DNA of 64,000 nucleotides from Raja brachyura (Eukaryota): the NCBI GenBank assembly GCA_963514005.1, contig OY740805.1, positions 36,146,001 through 36,210,000 on the forward strand, given 5' to 3'. The notes beneath the pieces are model-generated. The model saw only the letters and a program-made list of their open reading frames with translations, was not told the DNA's origin and searched no databases. Below are positions 11,634-25,260 of the stretch, piece after piece; position 1 is the stretch's first letter, and each line of letters opens with the position of its first letter. The position numbers and the translations under genes were made by a program.

Positions 11634-12560
11634 GGAAGGCAGATTATTATCCAAATGGTGTCAAGTTGGGAAAAGGGGAAGTACAACAGGATCTGGGGGT
11701 CCTTGTACACCAGTCAATGAAAGTAAGCATGCAGGTATGGCAGGCGGTGACGAAAGCGAATGGCATGTTGGCCTTTATAACAAGAGGAGTTGAGTACAGG
11801 AGCAAAGAGGCCCTTCTGCAGTTGTACAGGGCCCTAGTGAGACCACACCTGGAGTACTGTGTGCAGTTTTGTTCGCAAAATTTGAGGAAGGACATTCTTG
11901 CTATTGAGGGAATGCACCGTAGGTTTACAAGGTTAATTCCCGGGATTGTGGTGCTGTCATATGCTGAGAGAATGGAGCAGCTGGGCTTGTATACTCTGGA
12001 GTTTAGAAGGATGAGAGGGGATCTTATTGGAACATATAAGATTGTTAGGGGATTGGACATACTAGAGGCAGGAAGTATGTTCCTGATGTTGGGGGAGTCC
12101 AGAACCAGGGGTCACAGTTTAAGAATAAGTAAATTTTATATACATAGCACGTTTAAATCTACTCTCATTGAAACCAAAGTGCTTTACATAGAAGAAATAA
12201 TTAAGTTTCCGTACATCCATAGAAAAACGCTAGAGGCAGGAAACATGTTCCTGATGTTGGGGGAGTCCAGAACCAGGGGCCACACAGTTTAAGAATAAGC
12301 GGTAAGTCATTTAGAACAGAGACGAGGAAACACTTTTTCACACAGAGTTGTGAGTGTGGAATTCTCTGCCTCGGAGGGCGGTGGAGGCCGGTTCTCTGGA
12401 TATTTTCAAGGGAGAGCTGGATAGGGCTCTTAAAGATAGCGGAGTCAGGGGATATGGGGAGAAGGCAGGAACGGGGTACTGATTGGGGATGAGCAGCCAT
12501 GATCACATTGAATGGCGGTGCTGGCTTGAAGGGCTGAATGGCCTACTCTTGCGTCTATTG
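11634..12560 (+). mobile_element. CR1 LINE 3' fragment with internal insertion/duplication
   Basis: ORF 11606..12292 is the CR1 RT C-terminus. The tagaggcagg...accagggg segment is duplicated around an AT-rich insert. Confidence 0.85.
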
Positions 12561-12714
12561 GCTTTCTCAGGGAAAACCCACGCAGGTCACGGGGCGAACG
12601 TGCAAACTCCGTACAGACGCACTCGTAGTCGGGATTGAACCTGGGTCTCTGTAAGGCAGCAACTCTACCGCTGCGCCACTGAGACTGTATCTCCAATGTA
12701 ATTCTCAAGCACAT

Positions 12715-13110
12715 CAGCGCCTCTATTTCCTGAGAAGATTACAGAGAGTCTGCATGTCAAGGAGGACTCTTTCTAACTTCTACAGGTTCACAGTAGAGAG
12801 CTTGCTGACCGGTTGCATCGTGGCTTGGTTCGGCAACTTGAGCGCCCTGGAGAGGAAAAGACTCCAAAAAGTAGTAAACACTGCCCAGACCATCATCGGC
12901 TCTGACCTCCCTTCCATCGAGGGGATCTATCGCAGTCACTGCCTCAAAAAGGCTGGCAGCATCATCAAGGACCCACACCATCCTGGCCACACACTCATCT
13001 CCCTGCTACCTTCAGGTAGAAGGTACAGGAGCCTGAGGACTGCAATGACCAGGTTCAGGAATAGCTACTTCCCCACAGCCATCAGGCTATTAAACCTGGC
13101 TCGGCCAAAA
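12715..13110 (+). mobile_element. Rex1/Babar-like LINE 3' fragment (DUF1891-type)
   Basis: NFYRFTVESLLTGCIVAWFGN...LLPSGRRYRS..T.RFRNSYFPTAIRLLN. Confidence 0.8.
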
Positions 13111-13124
13111 CTCTGATCTTTAAC

Positions 13125-15680
13125 CATATAACAATTACAGCACGGAAACAGGCCCTCTCGGCCCTTCCAGTCCGTGCAGACCATTTATTTTTCCCCTAGT
13201 CCCATCTACCTGCACTCAGACCATACCCCTCCATTCCCTTCCCGTCCATATACCTATCCACTTTACTTTTAAATGTTACAATCGATCCTGCCTCCACCAC
13301 TTCTGCTGGAAGATCATTCCATACAGCCACCACTCTCTGAGTAAAGAAGTTCCCCCTCATGTTACCCCTAAACTTCTGTCCCTTAATTCTCATGTCATGC
13401 CTGCTTGTTTGAATCTTCCCTACCCTCAATGGGAAAAGCTTATCCACGTCAACTCTGTCTATCCCTTTCATAATTTTAAAGACCTCAATCAAGTCCCCCC
13501 TTAACCTTCTGCGCTCCAAAGAATAAAGACCCAACTTGTTCAACCTTTCTCTGTAACTTAGTTGCTGGAACCCAGGCAACATTCTAGTAAATCTCCTCTG
13601 TACTCTATTTTGTTGACATCCTTCCTATAATTAGGCGACCAAAATTGTACACCATACTCCAGAATTGGTCTCACCAATGCCTTGTACAATTTTAACATTA
13701 CTTCCCTACTCCTATATTCAATGCTCTGATTTATAAAGGCCAGCACACCAAAAGCTTTCTTTACCACCCTATCTACATGCGATTCCACCTTCAGGGAACT
13801 ATGCACAGTTATTCCTAGATCCCTCTGTTCCACAGCATTCCTCAATTCCCTACCATTTACCATGTACGTCCTATTTTGATTTGTCCTGCAAAGATGTAGC
13901 ACCTCACACTTATCAGCATTAAACTCCATCTGCCATCTTTCAGCCCACTCTTCCAAATGTCCCAAATCTCTCTGTAGACTTTGAAAATCTACCTAATTTT
14001 CCACAGCACCACCCATCTTAGTATCATCTGCATACTTACTTATCCAATTTTCCACCCCATCATCTAGATCATTGATGTACATGACAAACAACAGTGGACC
14101 CAACACAGATCCCTGAGGCACCCCACTGGTCACCGGCTTCCAACCTGACAAACAGCCATCCACCATTACTCTCTGGCATCTCCCATTCAGCCACTGTTGA
14201 ATCCATCTTGCTACTCCGCCATTAACACCCAAAGATTGAACCTTCATAACCAACCTTCCATGGGGAACCTTGTCAAAGGCCTTACTGAAATCCATATAGA
14301 CAACATCCACTGCTTTACCCTCATCAATTTCCCTAGTAACCTCTTCAAAAAATTCAAGAAGGTTTGTCAAACATGACCTTCCAGGCACAAATTCATGTTG
14401 ACTGTTCTTGATCAGACCCTGTTTATCCAAATGCTTATATATATTATCTCTAAGTATCCTTTCCATTAATTTGCAAACCACTGACGTCAAACTAACAGGT
14501 CTATAATTGCTAGGTTTATTCTTTGAACCGGTTTTAAACAATGGAACAACATGTGCAGTACGCCAATCCTCCGGCACTATTCCCGTTTCTAATGACATTT
14601 GAAATATTTCTGTCATAGCCCCTGCTATTTCTACACTAACTTCCCTCACTGTCCTAGGAAATATCCTGTCAGGACCTGGAGACTTATCCACTTTTATATT
14701 TTTCAAAAGTGTCAGTACTTCCTCCTCTTTGAATCTCATAGTTTCCATTGCTACTCTACTTTTTCCCTTACCTCACATAATTCAATATTCTTCTCCTTGG
14801 TGAATACCGAAGAAAAGAAATTGTTCAATATCTCCCCCATCTCTTTTGGCTCTGCAGATAGCTGTCGATTCTGGCTCTCTAATTGTCCAATTTTATCCCT
14901 CGTTATCCTTTTGCTATTAATATAGCTGTAGAAACCCTTTGGATTTACTTTCACCTTTCTTGCCAAAGCAACCTCATATCTTCTTTTAGCTTTTCTTATT
15001 TCTTTCTTAAGATTCTTTTTACATTCTTTATACTCATCTAGCGCCTCATTTACTCCATGCCTCCTATAATATTGTAGATATCTCTCTTTTTTCGAACAAA
15101 GTGTCCAATTTCCCTTGAAAACCATGGCTCTTTCCGATTTTTACTATTTCCTTTCAACCGAACAGGGACATAAAGATTCTGTACTCTTACAATTTCCCCT
15201 TTAAATGTCCTCCATTTCTCTTCTACATCCTTCCCATAAAACAAAATGTCCCAATTCACTCCTTTTAAATCATTACACATTCCCTCAAAGTTAACTTTTC
15301 TCCAATCAAAAATCTCAACCCTAGGTCCAGTTCTGACTCTCTCCATAATTATATTGAAACTATTGGTATTGTGATCACTGGTCCCGAAGTGCTCACCAAC
15401 GCATACCTCCATCACCTGACCTGCCTCATTTCCTAACAGGAGGTCCAGCACTGCCCCTTCTCTGGTCCTCTATATGTTGCTGCAAAAAACTATCCTGCAC
15501 ACATTTAACAAACTCCAAACCATCCAGCCCATTTACAGAATGTGTTTCCCAGTCTATTTTTGGAAAATTGAAATCTCCCACAATCACTACCTTGTGCTTA
15601 CTACTAATATCTGCTATCTCCTTACATATTAGCTCTTCCAATTCTCGCTCCCCATTTGGCGGTCTATAATACACCCCTAA
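13125..15680 (-). mobile_element. CR1 LINE, 5'-truncated, ORF2 (endonuclease C-part + RT) with frameshifts
   Basis: Contiguous ORFs 15426..15716, 15050..15451, 14751..15125, 13993..14748, 13558..13965 and 13196..13582 give VYYRPPN, GDFNFP, KSPGPD, NYRPVSLTS, DFSKAFDKVPH, GVPQGSVLGP and YADD, plus a CR1 C-terminus. Confidence 0.95.
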
Positions 15681-16069
15681 ATAACCCTTTAATAACCCAT
15701 TATCTGTTATTTGCACTATCAGTTTATTTATTCATGTGTGTATGTATTTATATAATGGTATATGGACGCACTAATCTGTTTTGTATTCATGCCTACTATG
15801 TTCTGTTGTGCTGAAGCAAAGCAAGAATTTCATTGTCCTATCAAGGACACATGGCAATAAACTCACTTGAACTTGGACTTGAACTTAGACCTACCAAAGT
15901 ACAATAGGGGAATCTTGAACCAGCGGGCATAGGTTAAAGCTGAGCTGGGACAGGTAACTGGAGGGGCAACTTTTTCACATCATGGGTGGTGGGTATATGG
16001 AATGAGCTGCCAGAGGAAGTGGTTCTATTAGCAGATGGAATACAGCATTGCAACGTTGGTGTGCGGTCA

Positions 16070-16745
16070 TGTACAGGAAGGAACTGCAGGTGCTGGTTTA
16101 AACCGAAGATAGACACAAAACTCAGCGGGACAGGCAGCATCTCTTGGGAAAAGGAATGGGTGGTGTTTCAGGTCGAGACTTCAGTCTGAAGAAGGGGCAG
16201 AGGTTCACTTGCACCTCCTCCAACCTCATCTACTGTATCCGTTGTTCCAGATTGGGACACTTATCCATTGGGGAGACCAAACGCAGACTTGGCAATCGCT
16301 TCGCTGAACACCTTCGCTCAGTCCGCCTGGACCTGCCTGATCTCCTGGTTGCCAAACACTTTAATTCTCCTTCCCATTCCCGCACTGTCCTTTCTGTCCT
16401 GGGTCTCCTCCATTGTCAGAGTGAGGCTAAAAGCAAATTGGAGGAACAGCATCTTATATTTCGCTTGGGCAGCTTACACCCCAGTGGTATGAACATTGAC
16501 TTATCTAGTCCCCGGCATACCCTCTCTCTCCATCCCCTCCCCCACCGAAGTCACACCAGCTTCTCGTTCTCACCCAGCAAACCCATTCATTGTTCTTTAT
16601 CTTTCCACATCAGTGTCTATCTCTCTCGTTTCCCTTTTCCATGACTTTCAGTCTGAAGAAGGGTCTCGACCGGAAACGTCACCCATTCCTTCTCTCCAGA
16701 GATGCTGCCTGTCCCGCTGAGTTACTCCACCATTTTGTGTCTATG
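16070..16745 (+). mobile_element. Penelope-like element: GIY-YIG fragment flanked by inverted terminal-repeat sequence
   Basis: ORF 16144..16644 encodes GIY-YIG. The terminal repeat (gatgctgcctgtcccgctgagttactcc) is present in opposite orientations on either side. Confidence 0.8.
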
Positions 16746-17664
16746 TGTAGGTATGTTACAATACTTACCTTCAGCGGCGCTGCATTTCTACCACTGGCCG
16801 TGCGCGCGAATTTGGCGCCTGGGGGGGGGGGGGGGGGGGGGGGGTGGGTCAAACTTGAAATGCCGTTTTCTCCTGCCTGTCCGAGATATATTTTCTCGGG
16901 CTGCCAGCTGATGCTGAAAAATTGTTCCGAATTCCGTTCTCGGAAATGTTTTTTAAAAATCACGGGGCAATTTAATCGCTGGAGTAAAAGAAGAAGGCGA
17001 CTTCTAACGCCGTCAACGGCGACAATGGGACGGATCTCACATAGGGGACAAAACATAAGGTAAGTCGTTTATTTTACAAATATACTTTCTTCTTAGGATT
17101 ACTTTAATCAAAATTTCCTTGGCGAAAATGTGATTTTGGCCCCATATGAACTGGCAGTGTTTTTCCTGCTGATATGGGGTTTAAATTCACTGCAACCGCA
17201 ACGTTCCAATTGATCGCGTTCCACAAAAACCCACTCGCAAGATGATTTAAATGGCCGTTCATTAACGGGAGTTAAACATTAAATTCCTTCCATTTAACCT
17301 ATAAATTCATAACAATGAGATTTTAAAATCATGTTATATTGTGAATTCTTGTGTGAATGTTATTTGGACACTTAGGCCATTTAAAAATGTTAATCTTTTC
17401 TTAAGAAATGGAGAGATATGAAATTGAATCAGATGTCAAATTAAACTTCTTTTTATGCTTTATTTGGTGGGATAAATTGCAGACTTGGTTTTTTTAATCT
17501 CAACATTTTGTAACATTGCTACTATATGCAGTCATGTACTTGAGTCGTAGGAATAAATAGTTGTAGACTATTTTCTAAATGGCGAGAGGATTCAGAAATC
17601 GGAGATGCAAAGGGACTTGGGGGTGCAGATGCAGGATTACCAAAAGTTGCAAATTTGAATTGTT

Positions 17665-18850
17665 AGACGAAGGGATTCAAAGTAACATTAGCAAACTTGC
17701 AGATGACACAAAGCTGGGTGGCAGTGTGAACTGTGAGGAGGATGCTATGAGGATGCGGGGTGACTTGGACAGGTTGGGTGAGTGGGCAGATGCATGGAAG
17801 ATGAAGTTTAATGTGGATAAATGTGAGATTATACACTTTGGTATCAAAAACAGGAAGGCAGATTACTATCTGAATGGTGTCAAGTTGGGAAAAGGGGACG
17901 TACAACGGGATCTGAGGGTCCTTGTTCATCAGTCTATGATAGTAAGCATGCAGGTACAGCAGGCAGTGAAGAAAGCGAATGGCATGTTGGCCTTTATAAC
18001 AAGAGGAGTTGAGCATAGGAGCAAAGAGGTCCTTCTGCAGTTGTATAGGGCCCTTGTGAAACCACACCTGGAGTATAGCGTGCAGTTTTGGTCCCCTTAT
18101 TTGAGGAAGGACATTCTTGCTATTGAGGGAGTGCAGCGTAGGTTTACAAGATTAATTCCCGGGATGGCTGGACTGTCGTATGCTGAGAGAATGAATATAA
18201 CCATATAACCATATAACAAAGAATGGAGCAGCTGGGCTTGTACACTCTGGAGTTTAGAAGGATGAGAGGGGATCTCATTGAAACATATAAGATTGTTAAG
18301 GGTTACACAAAAAGCTGGAGAAACTCAGCGGGTGCAACAGCATCTAAGGAGCGAAGGAGATAGGCGATGTTTCGGGTCGAGACCCTTCTTCAGACTAAGA
18401 TTGTTAAGGGTTTGGACATGCTGGAGGCAGGAAACATGTTCCAGATGTTGGGGGAGTCCAGAACCAGTTGCCACAGTTTAAGAATAAGGGGTAAGCCATT
18501 TAGAACGGAGATGAGGAAACACTTTTTCAGAGTTGTGAGTCTGTGGAATTCCCTGCCTCAGAGGGCGGTGGAGGCCGGTTCTCTGGATGCTTTCAAGAGA
18601 GAGCTAGATAGGGCTCTTAAAGATAGCAGAGTCAGGGGATATGGGGAGAAGGCAGGAACGGGGTACTGATTGGGGATACACAAAAGGCTGGAGAAACTCA
18701 GCGGGTGCAGCAGCATCTAAGGAGCGAAGGAGATAGGCGACGTTTCGGGTCGAGACCCTTCTTCCGACCGATTGGGCCTTGATCACGTTGAATTCTCCAA
18801 CTTGCTGGCTAGAAGGGCCGAATGTCTTACTCCTGCACCTATTGTCTATT
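17665..18850 (+). mobile_element. CR1 LINE 3' fragment with nested Penelope-terminal-repeat insertions
   Basis: SKLADDTKLGG...FNVDKCEIIHFG..LEYSVQFWSP. Inserts at ~18301-18396 and ~18677-18770. Confidence 0.85.
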
Positions 18851-20959
18851 GTTAGTAAGGAAGGCAATTGCAATGTTCGCATTTACTTTGAAAGGACACG
18901 AATATAAAAACAGGGATGTAATGCTGAGACTATATAAGGCACTGGTCAGACTGCATTTGGAGTATTGCGAGCAGTTTTCATCTTAATCATACTTTATTAA
19001 CCAAGTCTGTTTTGCAACAGACGAGGAATTTCATTTGCCAGACAGTCTATATACCAATAAAAAGCAACGAGACACACAAAACACATTTTAACATAAACGT
19101 CCACCACATTGACTCCTCCACATTCCTCACTGTGATGGAAGGCGAAAATAAAGTTCCATCTCTTCCCTTCTTTGTTCTCCCCGTGGTTGGGAGCCCTCGA
19201 GCCTCCTGTTGACGGGACGATCTCACTCCCGTAGCCGGCGGTCGGGCCCTCCGCATCAGGGCGATCAAGCTCCCGCATCGGGGGGGATCTCAGCTCCCCC
19301 GCGCCGGGCGATCGGACCCCGGGTCGGGGTAGGTCCAAAAAAAGTTTCCCCCTTCCCCCTTCCCCCCCTCCCGCACCAGCTCCCCCACATAAAACAAACG
19401 AGAAACAATTAAAACAAACTTTTAAAACACTCTAGAAATAACAAAAAAAGTCTAAAAGACAGACTGTTGGTCTTCATAACAAGAGGAGTCGAGTATAGGA
19501 GTAAAGAGGTCCTTCTGCAGTTGTACAGAGCCCTAGTGAGACCACACCTGGAGTACTGTGTGCAGTTTTGGTCCCTTAATTTGAGAAAGGACTTTCTTAC
19601 TATTGAGGGAGTGCAGCGTAGGTTTACAAGGTTAATTCCCGGGATGGCGGGACTGTCATAAGCTGAGAGAACGGAGCGGCTGGGCTGGTACACTCTGGAA
19701 TTTAGAAGGATGAGAGGGGATCTTATTGAAACATATATGATTAATTAAGGGTTTAGACACGCTAGAGGCAGGAAACATGTTCCTGATGTTGGGGGAGTCC
19801 AGAACCAGGGGCCACACAGTTTAAGAATATGGGGTAAGCCATTTAGAATGGAGACGAGGAAACACTTTTTCTCACAGAGAGTTGTGAGTCTGTGGAATTC
19901 TCTGCCTCAGAGGGCGGTGGAGGCAGGTTCTCTGGATGCTTTCAAGAGAGAGCTAGTCGGAGCTGTTAAAGATAGCAGAGTCAGGGGATATGGGGAAAAG
20001 GCAGGAACGGGGTACTAATTGGGGATGATCAGCCATGATCGCAGTGAATGGTGGTGCTGGCTCGAAGGGCCAAATGGCCTACTCCTGCACCTGTTGTCTG
20101 TTGGCAAGGCTGCCATTGACAGCGCCCCCTGGTGGGGCCTTTTGGGCCCCATATGTGAGGAAGGATGTGCCGGCTCTGGAGAGGGTCCAGAGGAGGTTTA
20201 CGAGAATGATCCCAGGAATGAGTAGGTTAACCTATGATGAGCGTTTGCCGGCACTGGGCTTGTACTCGCTGGAGTTTAGAAGGATGAGGGGGGGAACTCA
20301 TTGAATCTTACCAAATCTGTCCTCTATGGCCTGGATAGAGTGGATGTGGAGAGGATGTTTCCACTAGTGAGAGAGTCCAAGAGCAGAGGACACAGACTCA
20401 GAATAAGAGGATGTACCTTCCGAAAGGTGAGAAGGATTTTCCTTAGCCGGAGGGTGGTGAATCTGTGGAGCTGAGGCCAATTCATTGGATATTTTTCAAG
20501 CAGAGATTGAGAGATTTTTTAAGTAGTAAAGGGCATCAAAGATTTATGGGGGAGAAGGCGGGAGAATAGGGTTGAGAGAGAAAGACAGATCGGCCATGAT
20601 TGAATGGTGGAGTCGACTCGATGGGCCGAATGGCCTAATTCTGCTCCTAAAATGTATGAACTAAGCAAGTACATTGACTCGGACTCGGGCAAAGACAAAG
20701 TTCCTATCTCTACAACGTCTCAATGGGTGTGGAGCGGTTTTGATGTAATCGGGGAGCAAGACCCGATCAATGGAACGGACAAAAAACCCGAAGACTCTGG
20801 CCTCTTCTTGACTGCCGAATGCCCAGTGAACGACTGGCTGCTTGTCTGGTCTTCCTCCTCGGTCATTTGGTTCTCTGCGCCTTCGTCCCAGCTAGAGATA
20901 TCAAGATGAAAAGTTAAAACACACTAAAAATGACGTTTGCTGTGAGACGTTTGCTAGCT

Positions 20960-21510
20960 GCACTGTGGCTGGAAGGAAGGCACTACAGAGGGTTATTAAA
21001 ACAGCACAGAGCATCACAAACGCTCAACTACCCTCCCTGGAAGACATTTACAAGGCCCGATCTTTACGCCGGGCGACAAACATCACACAGGACTCATTCC
21101 ACCCTGCCAACCACCTTGTCACTCTGCTGCCCTGTGGGAGGCGATACGGGTCTTTGAAGGCCCGCACTTGCAAACTAACTAACAGTTTCTACCCACGTGC
21201 CATTAGAGAACTTAACTCCAACAGATAACACTACGGGCAACACTACACAATTCAGGGTGCATTATAAAATATTGTATGCTAGAATGTGCAATATAATGTG
21301 CATTTTTTAATTATCTATTACTTATTTTATGCATTGATCTTGTAGTAAATGTAAATGTGAGAGTAAATGGTTGTCTGTGTTATTGTGTTTTGTTCTTTTT
21401 AATCTTTTTATCCTGTGTCTTTTATTGTTTACCATTGAAGGGGATGCACATGAAATTTTGTTGTACAGTTGATGTGCATTGACAAATAAACGTATTTGAT
21501 TTGATTTGAT
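20960..21510 (+). mobile_element. Rex1/Babar-like LINE 3' fragment
   Basis: RKALQRVIKTAQSIT..LLPCGRRYGSLKART..NSFYPRAIRELN, with an (atttg)n tail. Confidence 0.75.
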
Positions 21511-23849
21511 TTCAAATAACAAAAAAATGACAAAAAGACAGACTGTTGGTGAGGCTGCCATCGTTAGCGCCCCCTGGTGGGGCCTTTTGGACCCCACCAC
21601 ACCTGGAGTATTGTGTGCCGTTTTGGTCCCCTAATTTGAGGAAGGCCATTCTTGCTATTGAGGGAGTGCAGCGTAGGTTCACCAGGTTAATTCCCTGGAT
21701 GGCGGGACTGTCGTATGATGAATGAATGGGTCGACTGGGCTTGTATTCACTGTAATCTAGAAGGATGAGAGGGAGTTATTTTGAACCATTTCAAATTCTT
21801 AAAGGATTCGACAGGCTAGATGCAGGAAAAATGTTCCCCATGTTGGGGGGGTCCGGAACCAGGGGGTCGCAGTTTAAGAATAAGGGGTAAGCCATTTAGG
21901 ACTGAGATGAGGAAAAGCTTTTTCACCCAGAGAGTTGTGAATCTGTGGAATTCTCTGCCTCAGAGGGCGGTGGAGGCTGGTTCTCTGGATACTTTCAATA
22001 GAGAGCTAGATAGGGCTCTTAAAGATAGCGGAGTCAGGGGATAGAAACATAGAAAATAGGTGCAGGAGGAGGCCATTCGGTCCTTCGAGCCAGCATCACC
22101 ATTCATTGTGACCATGGCTGATCGTCCCCAATCAGTACCCCCTGCCAGCCTTCTCCCCGCATCCCTTGATTCCACCAGTCCCGAGAGCTCTATCTAATTC
22201 TCTCTATATGTATATGGGGAGAAGGCAGGAACGGGGTACTGATTGGGGATGATCAGCCATGATCACATTGAATGGCGGTGCTGGCTTGAAGCGCCGAATG
22301 GCCTACTCCTGCACCTATTGTCTATTTAGATCTTAGGGCAAACAGGAATATGGGGGAAAGAGCAGGAACAGGGTACAGATTTTAGATGATCGGCCATGAT
22401 CATATTGAATGGAGATGCTGGCTCAAGGGGCCGAATGGCCTACTCCTGCACCTATTGTTCTACGTTTCTATGGTGGGTCAGGCGGTACAGTGCCTGAGAC
22501 CCCGGTTCGACTGCAGGTGCTGCCACCTTGTGACTGCGTGGGTTTTCTCTGGGCGCTCCAGTTTCCTCCCACCCTGTTGACTGCATTTATGAGGTTCATC
22601 AAAAATGTGCCGTTCTTCTCCTTCCAATGGAATACAAACCTCGTCCACAATCACTCCCTGACGACCCGGAGTTGCATTCACATCTAGTTTCAAGTTTCAA
22701 GTTTCAATCTATTGTCACATCTACCAATTGGTACATTGAGACTTGAGTTATCAGACAGCCATACGAATAAAAAGAACACACACACATGATAGGCTTTAAC
22801 ATGAACATCCCCACACAGCAGAATCAGCGATTTCCCACTATGAGGGAAGGCACCAAAGTTCAGTCCTCTTCCTCTTGTTCACAATGGACAATAGACAATA
22901 GGTGCAGGAGTAGGCCATTTGGCCCTTCGAGCCAGCATCGCCATTCAATGTGATCATGCCTGATCATCCCCAATCAGTACCCCGTTCCTGCCTTCTCCCC
23001 ATATCCCCTGACTCCGCTATCTTTAAGAGCTCTATCTAGCTCTCTCTTGAAAGTATCCAGAGAACCGGCCTCCACCGAGGCAGAGAATTCCACAGATTGG
23101 GCGTTACACAAAAAGCTGGAGAAACTCAGCGGGTGCAGCAGCATGTAAGGAGCGAAGGAGATAGGCGACGTTTCGGGTCAAGACCCTTCTTCAGACTGTG
23201 GTGAATTCCACAGATTCACCACTCTCTGTGAGAAAGTGTTTCCTTGTCTCCGTTCTAAATGGCTTACTCCTTATTCTTAAAACTGTGTGGCCCCTGGTTC
23301 TGGACTGCCCCAGTATTGGGAACACGTTTCCTGCCTCCAGCGTGTCCAAGCCCTTAACAATCTTCCCCCGTGGTCAGGGCCTACTGAGGCCTCCGCTGTG
23401 GCCGCTACGGGCGGCCCGATGCTCAGGCCCAGTGATGATGGAACTCAGACGTCGGAACGGAAAAACATTCTCAGCGGCTTGGAGTTTGCGAATCGGCCAC
23501 TTCTTACCGGAGACCGTGGCTCCCAAAGTCCACAGGCCGAGCTCAGCGGAGATTCAACGCTGGCGGCCCGCGGCAAAGGGATCCCAAGACTCCGCGATGT
23601 TGGTCAGCGCCGCCCTTGTTGGAAGCTCTACGAACCCCAGCTCCGTGATGTTGATGCAGCGGCCCCAGCGCTGTATCCTGCGCTGCGCCGCTGCTGCTGA
23701 AGCTCTGGTCCGGGTCCCCGGCAGGAAAGGCTGCTCCAATCCAGTTGGTAGGCCGCGAGGAGAAGGGGGCGAGGCCGTGGCTTGGAGAATAGTCGCATCC
23801 TCACCAGGAAGTGACTGGGAAACCGTTTCCCCCTTAGTCCTTCCAAGTC

Positions 23850-24505
23850 CGACAGAGGTTCAGCTGCACCTCCTCCAACCTCATCTACTGCATCCGTTGC
23901 TCCAGATGCCAGCTGATCTATATCGGTGAGACCAAGCGGAGGCTAGGCGATCGTTTCGCCGAACACCTCCGCTCGGTCCGCAATAACCAACCCGACCTCC
24001 CGGTGGCTCAGCACTTCAACTCCCCCTCCCACTCCGTATCCGACCTCTCGGTCCTGGGCCTCCTCCACGGCCAGAGTGAGCAACACCGCAAGTTGGAGGA
24101 ACAGCACCTCATATTCCGCTTGGGGAGTCTGTATCCTCTGGGCTTAAACATTGAATTTTCTCAATTCTGTTAACCCAGACTGCCTCCTCCCCTTCCCACC
24201 TCTCCCTCAGCCCTCGGGCCCTGGCATTCCTTCTCTCTCTCTCTATCTCCCCCCCCCCCACCCCAAGTTGCACTAGCTTCTCATTTTCACACTACAAACA
24301 GCTACAATGGCCTGTTTCCTTTATCATCGATACTTTTTTGCATATCTTTCACTCATTGTTCTTTATCTCTCCACATCACCATCTATATCTCTCGTTTCCC
24401 TGATCCCTGACCCGTCTGAAGAAGGGTCTTGGCCCGAAACGTCACCTATCTCCTTCGCTCCTCAGATGCTGCTGCACCCGCTGAGTTTCTCCAGCTTTTT
24501 GTGTA
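23850..24505 (+). mobile_element. Penelope-like element GIY-YIG fragment and terminal repeat
   Basis: cacctcctccaacctcatctactgcatccg...tatatcggtgagaccaagcg, then the ctgaagaagggtcttggcccgaaacgtc terminus. Confidence 0.8.
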
Positions 24506-25228
24506 TCCCCCTTACCCTACCCCCCTCCCCCACATAGAAATATTAAGAAACCTCCAGAATGTACTATTTTTTAAACAGACTAAAAATAACAAAAAAAACC
24601 CCAAAAACAGACAGACCGTAGGCAGAGCCTGCCATCAGAATTTAAAAGATTGAGGGGGGATCTGATAGAAACTTACAACATTTTTAAGGGGTTGGACAGG
24701 CTAGATGCAGGAAGATTGTTCCCGATGTTGGGGAAGTCCAGAACAAGGGGGTCACAGTTTAAGGATAAGGGGGAAGTCTTTTAGGACCGAGATGAGAAAA
24801 TCATTTTTCACACAGAGTGGTGAGTCTGTGGAATTCTCTGCCACAGAAGGTAGTTGAGGCCACTTCATTGGCTATATTTAAGAGAGAGTTAGATGTGGCC
24901 CTTGTGGCTAAAGGGATCAGGGGGTATGGAGAGAAGGCAGGTACAGGATACTGAGTTAGATCAGCCATGATCATATTGAATGGCGGTGCAGGCTCGGAGG
25001 GCTGAATGGCCTACTCCTGCACCTATTGTCTATGTTTCTATGTTTCTATCACACGGCTCCCCCTAGTGGAGAATCTACCACCTGCTCTGGCAGCTCATTC
25101 CATACACCCAGCCTCGGTGGGAAACACATGCCTCTCATAGCCCCTCTTACATTTACACACTCTCTCTCTCTCTTTGCACCTCTGTCCCGTTACCTTGGAA
25201 CAAAATACTTTGGATTCTTACCTTGATC

Positions 25229-25260
25229 TTAGTTTTCTTCCGGGTTCAGTCCACGTTTTG
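25229..25260 (-). CDS. Last coding exon: (A)KRGLNPEEN-stop; exon continues to a donor at 25222, so the 3' UTR is spliced
   Basis: ctcctctgatccacag acceptor, TAA at 25231-25229, then gatcaag|gtaaga. Confidence 0.72.

Noticed and set aside
16761-16770. ATACTTACCT matching the U1 snRNA 5' end
   Set aside because: The match stops after 10 nt, and the surrounding sequence looks like an unclassified repeat.
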